Positions 19,596-29,754 of a stretch of 64,000 bases of DNA are shown piece by piece; the stretch's first letter is position 1, and each line of letters starts with the position of its first letter. The notes beneath the pieces were generated by a model. The model was not told the origin of the DNA and did no database searches. It saw nothing but the letters and a program-made list of their open reading frames with translations. Source of the DNA: Candidatus Latescibacterota bacterium (GTDB lineage Bacteria; Latescibacterota; UBA2968; UBA8231); NCBI GenBank assembly GCA_965208105.1, contig OZ242318.1:3872001-3936000 (forward strand). The letters are read 5' to 3'. The translations under genes and the position numbers were made by a program.

Positions 19596-21149
19596 ATGAA
19601 CGCTCCACCCAATCACGTCGCGGTGATCGACCTGGGGTCCAACACCGCCCGCCTGGTTCTGATCGCCGCCATTCCCGGGTATTCCTACCGCCTGCAGGAC
19701 GAGATCCGCGAGGTCGTGCGGCTGGGCCAGGGCATGACCAAGAAGGGGCTCGACGAGGCAGCGGCGGCCCGGGCGATCTCCACCCTGAGGCTGTTCAAGC
19801 GCTTCTGCGAGAGCACCGGGGCCGAGGTCGTGCTGTCGACGGCGACCAGCGCCGTGCGCGAGGCCGCCAACGGGCGCGCCTTCGTGCGCCGGGTGCGCGA
19901 CGAGGTCGGTCTCGATCTACGGGTCCTCGACGGAGAGCGCGAAGCCTACTACAGCACCGTCGGCGCCCTCAACGACGTCACCCTGCGCGACGGCCTGGTC
20001 CTCGACATAGGGGGCGGCAGCGCACAGGTCAGCGAGGTGCGGGACGGGCGCTACGTTCGCGGGGAAGCTCGCACCCTCGGGGCCCTCGCTCTGACCGAGC
20101 GCTTCGTGCGCTCCGACCCGATGGCGCCGAAAGAGCGTCGGGCCCTCCAGGCGGAGATCGAGTCGCAGCTGGATTCTATAGCGTGGCTCGGCAAGCCAGA
20201 GGCCCTGGTGGGACTGGGCGGGACCATCCGCAACCTCGCCAAGATCGAAGCGGCGAGGCAGCGCTATCCTCTGAACACCCTGCACGGCTTTCGCCTCACC
20301 CGGGACTCGGTCGAGAAGTCCATCGACCTCTTCTGCCGCTGCGACCTCAAGGAGCGGCAGGCCCTGACCGACATCAGCCCGGACCGGGCCGACATCATCC
20401 ACGCCGGGGCCCTGGTGCTGGCCGCGTTTCTCGACCGCCTGGGCCTCGACGTCCTGACGATCTCGGCATGCGGCCTACGGGAGGGGCTCTTCTTCGAGCA
20501 CTTCTGGCAGCACCTGAGCTTCCCCGTCATCCCCGACGTCCGCCGCTTCAGCGTCCTCAACATCGCCCGCAACTACGACTACCAGAAGCAGCACGCCAAC
20601 CACGTCCGCTACCTCGCCGGACGCCTTTTCGACCAACTGGCCCCGCTGCACGGGTACGGCGCCGGGGAGCGGGAGATGCTCGACGCGGCGGCCCTGCTGC
20701 ACGACCTCGGCACCGTCATCGCCTACCAGGGCCACCACAAGCACACGCAGACGCTGATCCACTACAACGGGCTGGCCGGCTTTTCACCGCGGGAGATCGC
20801 CCTGATCGGACTGCTGGCGCGCTATCACCGCAAGGGCGCCCCCGACATCTCTAGCTACGAGGCCCTGCTCGGTGCCGACGATCTCGCCATCCTCACCCGG
20901 CTCGCCGCCATTCTCCGGCTGGCGGAAAACCTCGAGCGCGGGCGCAACGGCGTCGTCGACGACGTCATCGTCAACTGGGGGGAGGACTACCTGAGGCTGA
21001 CCTTGATCGCCGACGAGTATCCGGCGGTGGAGCTGTGGGAGACCGAGCGCAACGCCCTGCCGCTGGTGGAGAAGGCCTTCGAGCGCAGGGCCCTGGTGGA
21101 CAGCATCGCGGCTCCGGGGGAGTGGCCGCAGCACGGCTCCCCGCGGTGA
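19596..21149 (+). CDS. ppx: Exopolyphosphatase / pppGpp phosphohydrolase (Ppx/GppA)
   Basis: VIDLGSNT, ATSAVREAAN, DIGGGS, GLREG, C-terminal HD-like LHDLG domain. Confidence 0.9.
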   Translation: MNAPPNHVAVIDLGSNTARLVLIAAIPGYSYRLQDEIREVVRLGQGMTKKGLDEAAAARAISTLRLFKRFCESTGAEVVLSTATSAVREAANGRAFVRRVRDEVGLDLRVLDGEREAYYSTVGALNDVTLRDGLVLDIGGGSAQVSEVRDGRYVRGEARTLGALALTERFVRSDPMAPKERRALQAEIESQLDSIAWLGKPEALVGLGGTIRNLAKIEAARQRYPLNTLHGFRLTRDSVEKSIDLFCRCDLKERQALTDISPDRADIIHAGALVLAAFLDRLGLDVLTISACGLREGLFFEHFWQHLSFPVIPDVRRFSVLNIARNYDYQKQHANHVRYLAGRLFDQLAPLHGYGAGEREMLDAAALLHDLGTVIAYQGHHKHTQTLIHYNGLAGFSPREIALIGLLARYHRKGAPDISSYEALLGADDLAILTRLAAILRLAENLERGRNGVVDDVIVNWGEDYLRLTLIADEYPAVELWETERNALPLVEKAFERRALVDSIAAPGEWPQHGSPR

Positions 21150-21203
21150 GGTTTTCCCAAATCAACGCGCAGTTGCAGTCTTCGATCACGACGAGGAGAC
21201 GCA

Positions 21204-22043
21204 ATGAACCCGGAACTCATTGAACGTTGGCAGACAGAATTTGAGACAGCGGATGCAGAGACTGTTCGACTGATGCTCGCTGAAGCGCCGGAACTCGTAG
21301 AGGTAAGAGTGAATCACACCTTGTCGAAGGGGAAAATCCGGCAGTGGGGACCGCTTTACTGTGCCAGTGTCCACCACAAAAGTCTGGACAAAGTCAAGGC
21401 CCTTGTAGAGGCAGGTGCGGACCTGAACAACGGGGACCTCGGCACGCATTGGCCTAGCGACGATTATGAAATCAACCGATATCTCCTGAGTAAAGGAACG
21501 GACATCAATCAACCATCCTACCTTGGGTTTCATGGCGCTGGCGTCACCGGTTTCGATTCTTTTCTACTCATGGCGGAAAACGGACTGGATCCTGATTTCG
21601 CATGGCCCTACAACGGCGAAACCTTACTCCATGTTCAGTCCCGCCACGATGACGACACCCATCTGGCGCAAGCCTACATCCTGATCAAGGCGGGAGCAAA
21701 TGTCAACGCACAGGCACTGAGCGGACTTGATGACGAACCCATCATGGACAACGAGCATTTCGTGGAGTACGGCAGGGAGACACCGCTGCATTTCGCCGCC
21801 AGGCTGGGCAACCAGCGGATGGTGCGGATGTTGCTCGACCACGGTGCCAACCCGTCGCTGAAAACGGTCAGCCGAAGGAGTGAGCCGGAGCAGTTCACCG
21901 AATGGACGTCTGAAGTTACATCACTAGTCTGGCCACTGGGCAAATTCAAGAGGGTGCTGTTTCAGTCCTATGAAGGGGAGACGCCTCTCGACATGGCTTT
22001 GCGTGAAGGCAATGCGGAAATCGCCGATATACTCAAGGGGTAA
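21204..22043 (+). CDS. Ankyrin-repeat protein
   Basis: GETLLH, LIKAGANVNA, GRETPLHFAA...LLDHGANP, GETPLDMA. Confidence 0.85.
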   Translation: MNPELIERWQTEFETADAETVRLMLAEAPELVEVRVNHTLSKGKIRQWGPLYCASVHHKSLDKVKALVEAGADLNNGDLGTHWPSDDYEINRYLLSKGTDINQPSYLGFHGAGVTGFDSFLLMAENGLDPDFAWPYNGETLLHVQSRHDDDTHLAQAYILIKAGANVNAQALSGLDDEPIMDNEHFVEYGRETPLHFAARLGNQRMVRMLLDHGANPSLKTVSRRSEPEQFTEWTSEVTSLVWPLGKFKRVLFQSYEGETPLDMALREGNAEIADILKG

Positions 22044-22060
22044 TTGGAAAAAGTCCGTAG

Positions 22061-22093
22061 TTCTGCACCTTGAACCTGGAGGATTACCACTGA
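22061..22093 (+). pseudogene. higB: Last 10 codons of a HigB/RelE-type toxin gene
   Basis: Reads FCTLNLEDYH*, matching the typical ..LEDYH HigB C-terminus; TGA overlaps the higA ATG (TGATG); in-frame TAG immediately upstream and no start. Confidence 0.65.
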
Positions 22094-22404
22094 TGGATAC
22101 CGATGGTATCAACGTCAACATGACCCCTTCGCATCCGGGCGACTTCATCCGTGCGGAGGTCATCGACGAGTTGGGACTGAACGTAACGAGGGCGGCCCGG
22201 ATTCTCGGAGTCCGCCGGGCGACACTCTCGGCCCTGCTGAACGGCAACGCGGCCCTGTCGGCAGAGATGGCTTTACGCATCGAGAAGGCCTTCGAGGTGA
22301 GCATGGACCTGCTGCTGAGGATGCAGGCTTGGTACGACGCCTCGCAGATGCGTGCTCGGGCAGACGAGATTGACGTCCAGCGCTACGAGCCCCAGTCGGT
22401 GTGA
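22093..22404 (+). CDS. higA: HigA family antitoxin (HTH)
   Basis: PSHPGDFIR...AARILGVRRATLSALLNG...SAEMALRIEKAF...LLRMQAWYD. Confidence 0.9.
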   Translation: MDTDGINVNMTPSHPGDFIRAEVIDELGLNVTRAARILGVRRATLSALLNGNAALSAEMALRIEKAFEVSMDLLLRMQAWYDASQMRARADEIDVQRYEPQSV

Positions 22405-22528
22405 AGGGGCGCGCTCTCAGCAGCATGGAGGCGATTCGTATGTGTCGCCGAGAAGCCGCGCGTTCTTCATTTGCCGTTGGCTGGAAAAATACAGGACTCA
22501 TCGATGATGAGCTAGAAATTCCATCGAT

Positions 22529-23341
22529 TCAGTAATAGCATGGAAGGTTCCGGCCCTGAATCGGGTCGACGTATTTTGCCAGGTCGCGCAGGGGAATGAC
22601 AGTGCAGCCTTTGCCGTACAGATAGTCCATGCAGGTTTCAAATGTTTCTGGTTCCGTGTTGACCCAGGGGTGGTCGAGTGCAGGTACCCCGTGGAAGGTC
22701 AAGACGGCTATCTTTCCATCCCTCGCCTGTTCAATCGCCCACAGCAGGTCATCAATTTCCCAGTGTGGTCCCGCGGCACCTGTTGTCGGGATGAGCAGCG
22801 GATGGTGTCTCGCCGGATCGTACGCGGGTCCTCGTCCTCCCTCTGAGTCATAAGGAAACTCCGGCGCGACGCCGCGCCGCGCAAAGAGCAACCCTTTCCC
22901 GGTTAGAACTTTCACAGCTTCAGCTCCGTTGGAGTAACCTGGATAACAGAATGTCTGGGGTTCAGGGATGCCGTGCTCCTTGCAACGCAAATCGATGTGC
23001 TGCAGGTCGGCGAGAATTTCTTCGCTCGTTTGGTTGTTCACATTCTTGTGATGGCGTGTATGGTTGCCGATTTCGAAACCGGCATCGTGCAGCTCCCTGA
23101 CCTCTTCCCATGTCAGGTAGTGCGCCTTGTTTTTGAGAAAGTTGAGACCCTCGGTGATGAAAAAGGTTGCGCCGAAACCGTAACGCTTGAGCAACGGTGC
23201 AACATAGGTGATATCTGACTTGTTGCCGTCATCGAAGGTCAGGACGACCAATCGGTCGGGGATGGGTTGCAGGTCCTGAACTTGGGAGGCGGAGGCAGGT
23301 TTGCAGCTATCGTAGTCACGCGATTCGTTCATCTGCTTCAC
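22529..23341 (-). CDS. Polysaccharide deacetylase (NodB/CE4)
   Basis: LTFDDG, GNHTRHH, FCYPG, LTFHG. Confidence 0.88.
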   Translation of the reverse strand: MKQMNESRDYDSCKPASASQVQDLQPIPDRLVVLTFDDGNKSDITYVAPLLKRYGFGATFFITEGLNFLKNKAHYLTWEEVRELHDAGFEIGNHTRHHKNVNNQTSEEILADLQHIDLRCKEHGIPEPQTFCYPGYSNGAEAVKVLTGKGLLFARRGVAPEFPYDSEGGRGPAYDPARHHPLLIPTTGAAGPHWEIDDLLWAIEQARDGKIAVLTFHGVPALDHPWVNTEPETFETCMDYLYGKGCTVIPLRDLAKYVDPIQGRNLPCYY

Positions 23342-25088
23342 ATCCTGGCGGGCGAGGGTGGCGGCAGCCCTTCGCTCCTTTCAACACCAGGAAGTTCCTG
23401 GCCTCGTCCACGGCAGCCTTCCCGGCGGAGTCTGCCTTCATGGGGCCGCCGCGCCCGCCGTTGGCATCCTTGTCCCAGATTCTGTCGTCATACCCATCGG
23501 GAACATACTGGCAGATGTAGGCTTTGCTCACACAATCGGTGTTGTTGGCCCCAGCCATGTGCGGGGTCAGGCTCCAGAAGATGGCCACCGAGCCCGCCTT
23601 GACCGGCACACAGACGGCGTCCTCGCATCGAAGGCCGCCGATCGTCCAGCCACCCTTGCTCTCATCGAACTCGTGGCGCAGCGGCCCTCGCCGGAAGAGC
23701 CCCGGCACGAACCAGGGGCAGCCGTTTTTCCCGGTGGCATCGTTGAGCGCGACCCAGCAGGTCAGGTACTGCAGGGGTTCGATGAAGGTGAGGCCGATGT
23801 CCTGATGGTAGGGGAAGACCCGGCCGGGGCAGGGCTTCTTGTAGATCGCATGCTCGCGGTAGAGCCGCGCATCGTCGCAGTTGAGCACGTCGTGGCAAAC
23901 CTTCTGGAAGAACGGACCGGCGCAGAACGAGCGCGCAAGCCCCGACTGCCGGGCAAGCCCGCTCGTGAAGGTGATCCGGTTGGCACTCGCAAGCGCGCCC
24001 GACCACTGCTGCTCCCTGGCTTCGAGGCTCCGTAAACTCTTGCGCTCTAGACGATCGAACTCGTCCCGCAGCGGCCCTATCTCGGCAGCGCTGAAGGCAT
24101 CCTCGACCACGGTGAACCCCCGCAGGTCCATATCCTCCGCCTGTTCCCTGCTGAGAATCTGCAGAGGAGCATCCCTGCGCGTCGGCAGGAGCGACGGGTG
24201 CTTGCTCGAGCTGCTGAACTCCATGGCCGGATGCCGCGGCAGCCGCGCGTTGTGGCGGGCAGCCGGCGTCGGCTCGTCGCCGGTGGACCAGCGCGCGGTC
24301 CCGTCGAAGCTCAGGCGTTCCCACAACACGTGCGGCCATTCCCTGAAGCCGCTGGAGATGTAGTGGCATGCGTAGACCTGGCGAAAGACGGCCGGGTCGC
24401 GCCCCATCAACCCCCGGTGCCACAAATGGCCGTCGAAGATCACGGCTGTCCCCCTCTTTGCCACGATGCGCACCTCCTCCGCCCCTGCCGCTTCGTTCTC
24501 CTCGAAGACCTCCTTCCTCAGCCTGGCATCCAGCTCCGGGTCGCCCGAGTGGGTGCGATAGCCGGCCCACTTTCCCGGCCGGAGGTCGTCGTGGTGCAGC
24601 TTGCGGCGGAGGTGGCCGCCTGTCTGCAGCGCGAGCGTGCCGATCTCTTCGTCCACGTCCACGAGCGGAATCCACACTCCGATGCAGCCCGGAAGTCGGG
24701 TCCCGTCGCTATGCCAGCTCTGCGACCACTGGCTGCCCTTCCACCAGTAGTGGCTCTTGATGCCCTCGGGCTCTTCCCCGCTCAGGACATCCTTGAGCGG
24801 TGCGCGCAGCTTCGGGTGCAGCAGGAAAGCGCGGCAGACAGGGTCATGGATGTGGCACTGGTCCGTGTCGATGAGGTGGCCGGCGCCTGCCGCCGGAGGT
24901 ACGATTCCCTCGACCGTGATTTCGCCCGCGTGCACGGCGTCCATGTGCCGGATGAGCCCGTCGCACTCGTCGGCGGTGAAGAGTGAAGGCACCACGACCC
25001 AGCCGTCGCGGGCATACTTCCCCCTCTGCTCGGCGGTGAGCCTCGCCACCTCCGCGTGGCCGGGCTGGGTGTGTTCGGAGCCGGACAT
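23316..25088 (-). CDS. Tandem two-domain PhyH-family Fe(II)/2OG dioxygenase
   Basis: Domain 1 WHSDG...GHLWHRG; domain 2 YHQDI...LTPHMAGAN; start placed at MSGSEH. Confidence 0.85.
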   Translation of the reverse strand: MSGSEHTQPGHAEVARLTAEQRGKYARDGWVVVPSLFTADECDGLIRHMDAVHAGEITVEGIVPPAAGAGHLIDTDQCHIHDPVCRAFLLHPKLRAPLKDVLSGEEPEGIKSHYWWKGSQWSQSWHSDGTRLPGCIGVWIPLVDVDEEIGTLALQTGGHLRRKLHHDDLRPGKWAGYRTHSGDPELDARLRKEVFEENEAAGAEEVRIVAKRGTAVIFDGHLWHRGLMGRDPAVFRQVYACHYISSGFREWPHVLWERLSFDGTARWSTGDEPTPAARHNARLPRHPAMEFSSSSKHPSLLPTRRDAPLQILSREQAEDMDLRGFTVVEDAFSAAEIGPLRDEFDRLERKSLRSLEAREQQWSGALASANRITFTSGLARQSGLARSFCAGPFFQKVCHDVLNCDDARLYREHAIYKKPCPGRVFPYHQDIGLTFIEPLQYLTCWVALNDATGKNGCPWFVPGLFRRGPLRHEFDESKGGWTIGGLRCEDAVCVPVKAGSVAIFWSLTPHMAGANNTDCVSKAYICQYVPDGYDDRIWDKDANGGRGGPMKADSAGKAAVDEARNFLVLKGAKGCRHPRPPGCEADERIA

Positions 25089-25530
25089 TTCAGTGGGAAT
25101 CAGCCAATCCTGGTCAATTGCAAAAACGATTCGTGGCGGTTGTAAACTGCATTTTCGCGGGCGTCCCGATGTATAAAATACCAAGGCATCGATAACGATA
25201 CCATGCAGTTCGATGACAGCGAAGGCAAGGGACCAGCAGGGTCTCTGATGAATCGTTTGTCCACGCACCGAAAAGTCGTCAGGTGATTGGCGCTAGCCGA
25301 AGCGCTCGAGCCCGGCCCCGGTCAGGGCCTTGCCCAACTCGCTGACATTTCAGATGATACCTGAGAGGTAAAAGAAGAAAGAGGCAGACCTGTGCCAGGA
25401 ATCGAACCCGCATCCCGACCGACCCGGCTGAACTGTGCCAGGGTCTGACTTTGGACCCGGGGAAACGCACCGCATGGGCCGACCTCAAGGCGGTAGGGGA
25501 GCGGCTGCCATGCAAGTAAATTCAGTAACC

Positions 25531-26523
25531 ATGCGCCTACTCATGCTGATTCTCGCCACGGCCCAGATAGCTGCGGCCGACGCACCCGACTGGCGGCGAC
25601 CCGTGGCTACCTATTCCATCGTCGCCCGCGACTCCATCAGCGGACAGCTCGGGGTTGCGGTCCAGTCTCACTGGTTTTCGGTGGGTCCCATCGTTCCGTG
25701 GGCCCGCCCCGGCGTCGGCGCCGTAGCTACCCAGTCCCTCGTCGACCCGGCCTATGGTCCCCTCGGCCTGGAATTGATGGCCATGGGCAAGACGGCTGAG
25801 GAGACGCTCACCGCCCTGCTCGCGGGGGATGCCGACGCCGCGGTGCGGCAGGTTGCCATGGTCGACGCCGAGGGAAACGTGGCTGTCCACACGGGCAAGC
25901 GCGCCATTGCCGCCGCCGGCCACCAGGCCGGTGCCCAGTACAGCGTTCAGGCGAACCTGATGGACCGGGACAGCGTTTGGCCGGCCATGGCGAACGCCTA
26001 CGAAAATACCGAGGGGGACCTGGCCGAGCGGCTGCTCGCGGCCCTGGAAGCCGCCGAGGCCGAGGGAGGCGACCTGCGCGGCCGGCAGTCGGCGGCTATC
26101 CTCGTGGTCTCCGCCGAGGATACGGGCCGGCCGTGGGTGGACCGCGTGTTCGACCTGCGCGTGGAAGACCATCCCGAGCCAGTGGCAGAGCTGCGCCGCC
26201 TGGTGCGTCTGGCGCGCGCCTACCACAAGCTCAACGAGGGCGACGAACTGGTGACCGCGGGGGACATGGAGGCGGCCATGGATGCCTACCGCGCCGCGAC
26301 CGAACTGGTGCCCGACGAGGCAACGGGCGGCGAGGCTCCGTTCTGGGTGGGTGTGACCCTGATTTCCGAGGGACGCGAGGAGGAGGCTGTGCCCTACCTG
26401 CAACGGGCGCAGGCGCAGAACGACCGCTGGGTGGACCTGCTGCGGCGTTTGCCGGCCTCGGGTCTGCTGCCGGCCGACGACGAGCTCCTGGACCGCCTTG
26501 CTGCTGCGATGGTGGGGGAGTGA
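25531..26523 (+). CDS. DUF1028 family (Ntn-hydrolase-like) secreted protein with C-terminal TPR-like helices
   Basis: Signal peptide, ATYSIVARD...GVAVQSHWFSVG, GGDLRGRQSAA, DLRVEDHPEPV. Confidence 0.88.
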   Translation: MRLLMLILATAQIAAADAPDWRRPVATYSIVARDSISGQLGVAVQSHWFSVGPIVPWARPGVGAVATQSLVDPAYGPLGLELMAMGKTAEETLTALLAGDADAAVRQVAMVDAEGNVAVHTGKRAIAAAGHQAGAQYSVQANLMDRDSVWPAMANAYENTEGDLAERLLAALEAAEAEGGDLRGRQSAAILVVSAEDTGRPWVDRVFDLRVEDHPEPVAELRRLVRLARAYHKLNEGDELVTAGDMEAAMDAYRAATELVPDEATGGEAPFWVGVTLISEGREEEAVPYLQRAQAQNDRWVDLLRRLPASGLLPADDELLDRLAAAMVGE

Positions 26524-26580
26524 CGATTCTGGATAGCAAAATGGCGGATGCAGAGCAGTACGAAAACTGGTAGTCGTGTC

Positions 26581-27337
26581 GGAGGCTGGACGCCGCCTAA
26601 CGAGGAAATCAGTGTGCAGTACGTCTACGACTACTTCGCCGGAGGCCATACGGTGAGTCTGCCCCGGGAGGGGTACGAGGAGATCCTGGTCATCCCCAAA
26701 TGCGAGCCTGCTCACGTGGAGCCCGCCATCTCGCAGGCCGTCGAGCAGGGACTCGTGTGGCTGATGAGCGGTCCCGCCTCGATTCTCGACGAGCCGGTGC
26801 CGGCGGGAATCCTCACGGCCGCGGCCTGAGCCGATCGAGGTTGCCGAGTTGATGGCCGAGTCGGTCCCCGACGCCTGGAGGGACGGCAAGGCCAATGCTC
26901 TCGCCCTTGCAACTGCCCTCTCCACCAAACTGGGCGCCAATCTGCCCTGGACCACGGTGCGGTCAGCAATCGCGTCGGCCATCGGGGCGCGCTGGATCGA
27001 GCTGACCACGGACAGCGCGAATGGCCGTGCGACTTGGCCGGCGCCCAGCACGTGATTCTCCAGGTCCCTGTCGACGGGGCTCGCGAAAGGGAGAGACCCC
27101 TCTACGGATCGGGAGGCGGGTCCCGGACTTCGCCACGTGCCGAGGCGGTTTCTGGAGGCCGACCAGATCCAGGACCTTGCTGGTCAGATGCCGGAGCTGC
27201 TAAAGGCCGCCGTTGGAAATGAGCTCAGGTTTACGGTCGGCATCGAGGTGGGAGGAGCGACCGCCCCAAGCCCGAAGGCGCTGGAGAAGATCAAGGATTT
27301 GCTTGCCGAGGTCTCGGAGGACTTGCGGCTTCAGTAA
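26581..27337 (+). pseudogene. Frameshifted C-terminal remnant of a DUF499-family ATPase
   Basis: Three consecutive fragments in different frames (YFAGGHTVSLPREGYEE..IPK / PDAWRDGK..LPWTTVR / IQDLAGQMPELLKAA..EVSEDLRLQ*) resemble the C-terminus of DUF499 proteins; no ATPase N-terminus. Confidence 0.6.
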
Positions 27338-27501
27338 GGAGTTAGCCGAACCTGCGCCATTTTTCGACCCGGAATCCCTTGTCCAGAAACGGGAGAACCC
27401 CGTAATTGTTCCCAATAAAGCACCTCCGCAAGCTGAGGCGAGCCTATTTGTCGCTTTGCCGAAGACTACGGAAAAAAATTTCGGTATTAGTAATTTTAGG
27501 C

Positions 27502-27530
27502 TTGATCTATCTCCAATGTTTTGCTATATT
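27502..27530 (+). promoter_or_regulatory. Putative promoter of IS1595 transposase
   Basis: TTGATC-17 nt-TATATT with extended TG; AAGGAG RBS before ATG 27555. Confidence 0.55.
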
Positions 27531-27554
27531 TATAAAAGCAAAGGAGAATAAGCC

Positions 27555-28424
27555 ATGAACCTCATAACCGTCTTCCAACAGTTCCCCGACCAAATATCCT
27601 GTATTACCTACCTTGAAACCATACGCTGGCCGAAGCAAGCGAGCTGCCCTTTCTGCCAGAGCGAAAGAGTGGCAAGAAAGGCAGAGAACGAGCTGGTAGG
27701 GCGCTGGAACTGCCATGAATGCACCAGCAGCTTCAATGTACTTTCAGGGACCATCTTTCAAGGCACACACATCGAGCTGCAAAAGTGGTTCCTAGCCATC
27801 GCGTTGATGGCCGATGCGAAGAAGTCTTTGTCGTCTTGTCAGCTCGCCAGGGATCTCGAACTGAACCAGAAGACGGCCTGGCGGATGCAGCAATGTATCC
27901 GATCTGCCATGTCTACGGAAGAGGGCGAGTTGCTGAAGGGCATTATCGAGATGGACGAAACCTATGTTGGTGGGAAGCCCAGATATAAAGGCAAGAACAA
28001 CAAGGCAGGCCGCGGGACCCGCAAAGCGTCAGTGATAGGAGCCGTGGAGCGCAAGGGAAGAGTGAGGGCGAAAGTAACCGGCGACACCAAGGGCCGAACT
28101 TTACTCAACTTCATCCAGGAGAAAGTGGAGATCGCCAAGAGCGCCTTAGTTACTGACGAGTATCCTGCCTATAGGATGGCTGGAAGGATGATGCCGCATA
28201 CGACCATAGATCATCGCCAGGAATACGTGGACGAGCTGGACAGGAGAATCCACACCAACACCATCGAAGGCTTTTGGAGCCTCATCAAGCGGGCCTGGTA
28301 TGGCACTCATCACCATTACTCAAAGCAATACATGCCTCTGTTTATCGGAGAAGCCTGCTGGAAATACAACCACCGAAATATCGACAACAGCTTTCAGGCT
28401 TTCCTGCATAACTGCTTCAAATAA
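27555..28424 (+). CDS. IS1595-family (ISXO2-like) transposase
   Basis: Zn ribbon CPFC...CHEC, EMDETYVGG, VTDEY, HTNTIEGFWS. Confidence 0.93.
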   Translation: MNLITVFQQFPDQISCITYLETIRWPKQASCPFCQSERVARKAENELVGRWNCHECTSSFNVLSGTIFQGTHIELQKWFLAIALMADAKKSLSSCQLARDLELNQKTAWRMQQCIRSAMSTEEGELLKGIIEMDETYVGGKPRYKGKNNKAGRGTRKASVIGAVERKGRVRAKVTGDTKGRTLLNFIQEKVEIAKSALVTDEYPAYRMAGRMMPHTTIDHRQEYVDELDRRIHTNTIEGFWSLIKRAWYGTHHHYSKQYMPLFIGEACWKYNHRNIDNSFQAFLHNCFK

Positions 28425-28426
28425 AA

Positions 28427-28452
28427 TCGCCCAGGACCGAAGCCCTGGGCGA
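28427..28452 (-). terminator. Hairpin terminator between convergent transposase and passenger genes
   Basis: TCGCCCAGG...CCTGGGCGA stem; on the minus strand a TTCG loop and a TTTTATTT tail. Confidence 0.65.
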
Positions 28453-28474
28453 ATGTGTTGGGTTATCCTAACCC

Positions 28475-28711
28475 CTAGTGAAAACCAAATACGCTCATAT
28501 CAATTCCTAGGTGGGAGCAAACTGACCTGATTTGTCCTGGCCCCATTACTTCATCATCTTCCATGACCACAGGATAGGTCAAGCTGTAACCCCCATCATA
28601 TCTACTTAAATAGGGGATATGAGAATCAAGATGGTAAATACATCCTTGGTTGACAGTCAATTCAGAGCAAAATTCTTTGAAGGTTGGCAGAGGAACAAAA
28701 GGACAGGCCAT
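28475..28711 (-). CDS. Small protein with divergent HicA-like C-terminus
   Basis: GPGQIRSVCSHLGI resembles the HicA G-TLRSILRQAGI helix; 13 nt downstream of a HicB-like gene; GSH catalytic motif not obvious. Confidence 0.45.
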   Translation of the reverse strand: MACPFVPLPTFKEFCSELTVNQGCIYHLDSHIPYLSRYDGGYSLTYPVVMEDDEVMGPGQIRSVCSHLGIDMSVFGFH

Positions 28712-28724
28712 TTTTTCCCTTTAG

Positions 28725-29090
28725 TTAAGCATAAACTCGCATATTTTTTGCCGTTGCTTGAAAAGGGAAAGGAATTTTGTCAGAAGTGGGGAAAGTATAA
28801 TCTGCATGCATATGCTGAGCTACATTAAACTTATCCCGAAAAATATCGGGAGCAGGTTTAAAGTCCGAAAGCGGAACCTTGTTTTTCTGAATATCTAACA
28901 TTGCTTGGCAAGTAAGGACGGAAGCGAATCTATTAATTGCCTCTATTTGGGTCCGTCCTTGTGCGGCTATGTCGTGCTCAAGACCTTGCACGATCCAGCC
29001 GTCATATCCATGTGACAGGCTTATTTCTCTAAAAACAAGGACATTAAGCCCAATCTCATGATGTTGTTGCACCATGCCACGCTCCTCCAT
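28725..29090 (-). CDS. HicB-like antitoxin-fold protein
   Basis: WIVQGLEHDIAAQGRTQIEAINRF matches the HicB N-terminal pattern. Confidence 0.55.
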   Translation of the reverse strand: MEERGMVQQHHEIGLNVLVFREISLSHGYDGWIVQGLEHDIAAQGRTQIEAINRFASVLTCQAMLDIQKNKVPLSDFKPAPDIFRDKFNVAQHMHADYTFPTSDKIPFPFQATAKNMRVYA

Positions 29091-29244
29091 GTGATGGGTT
29101 GTTTTTACATAGTTTGCCTACTGCTCCTCCTTTCTTTGGCTTCCCGCAAATTTTCTCTTAGGAAATGAACTTAATAATTGGGCCTGCCAATAGCAAACCT
29201 TTAGCGCCAGAACGATCAACAAATTTACATTTTCGTTCCACAGA

Positions 29245-29754
29245 TCATTCATTGACTAGTATGTCCTCCCCCCTGCAATGGGCATCTTCGTCTGCTGTAG
29301 TTCCTCCTTCTTCAAGAAGCACCATGCAATCCTCGAACATGATGTAGCTTTGCTCAAAGACGCGACAGCAGGACCATTCTACGGCCCATTCTTTGACGCC
29401 TATATCACGGCCTTTGTATTCGTGAATGACAATGCGGACAGAGTTTTTTGTCTGTCTCTCCCAGGTTCCTTTTGAAAGAGAGAGTAGAAAAAGGCTGGCA
29501 TCCTCCCTTCTGTAAATGCGTTTATAGGTCCATGTCTCAGGTCCTATAATTCGCACTCCCATGTAACCCGTATTGCCTTCCGTGGAATCGTAGACCCAAG
29601 TTCCTACAAGCTCATCCGGTTCTTCAGCTGGACCTGGATCGATTGAGACTTGGGGCTGCTCAGGTTCTACGGTTGGACATACCAGCGTGTCGCCGGAACA
29701 TCCAACCCCAAGAAAACACATCAGGGTAAATATGTGGGGGATTGGCTTGCGCAT
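29245..29754 (-). CDS. Hypothetical lipoprotein (lipocalin-like beta region)
   Basis: Lipobox LGVGC, Pro/Glu linker, LVGTW and GTW motifs; AGGAGG RBS. Confidence 0.65.
   Translation of the reverse strand: MRKPIPHIFTLMCFLGVGCSGDTLVCPTVEPEQPQVSIDPGPAEEPDELVGTWVYDSTEGNTGYMGVRIIGPETWTYKRIYRREDASLFLLSLSKGTWERQTKNSVRIVIHEYKGRDIGVKEWAVEWSCCRVFEQSYIMFEDCMVLLEEGGTTADEDAHCRGEDILVNE

Noticed and set aside
22402-22484. attC-like hairpin ending in GTTGGCT after higA
   Set aside because: No matching RYYYAAC box, no integron integrase and no array; probably an ordinary hairpin
25343-25353. 11-bp inverted match (CTGACATTTCA) to the DUF6088 promoter region near 49272
   Set aside because: Too short to distinguish from chance in 64 kb
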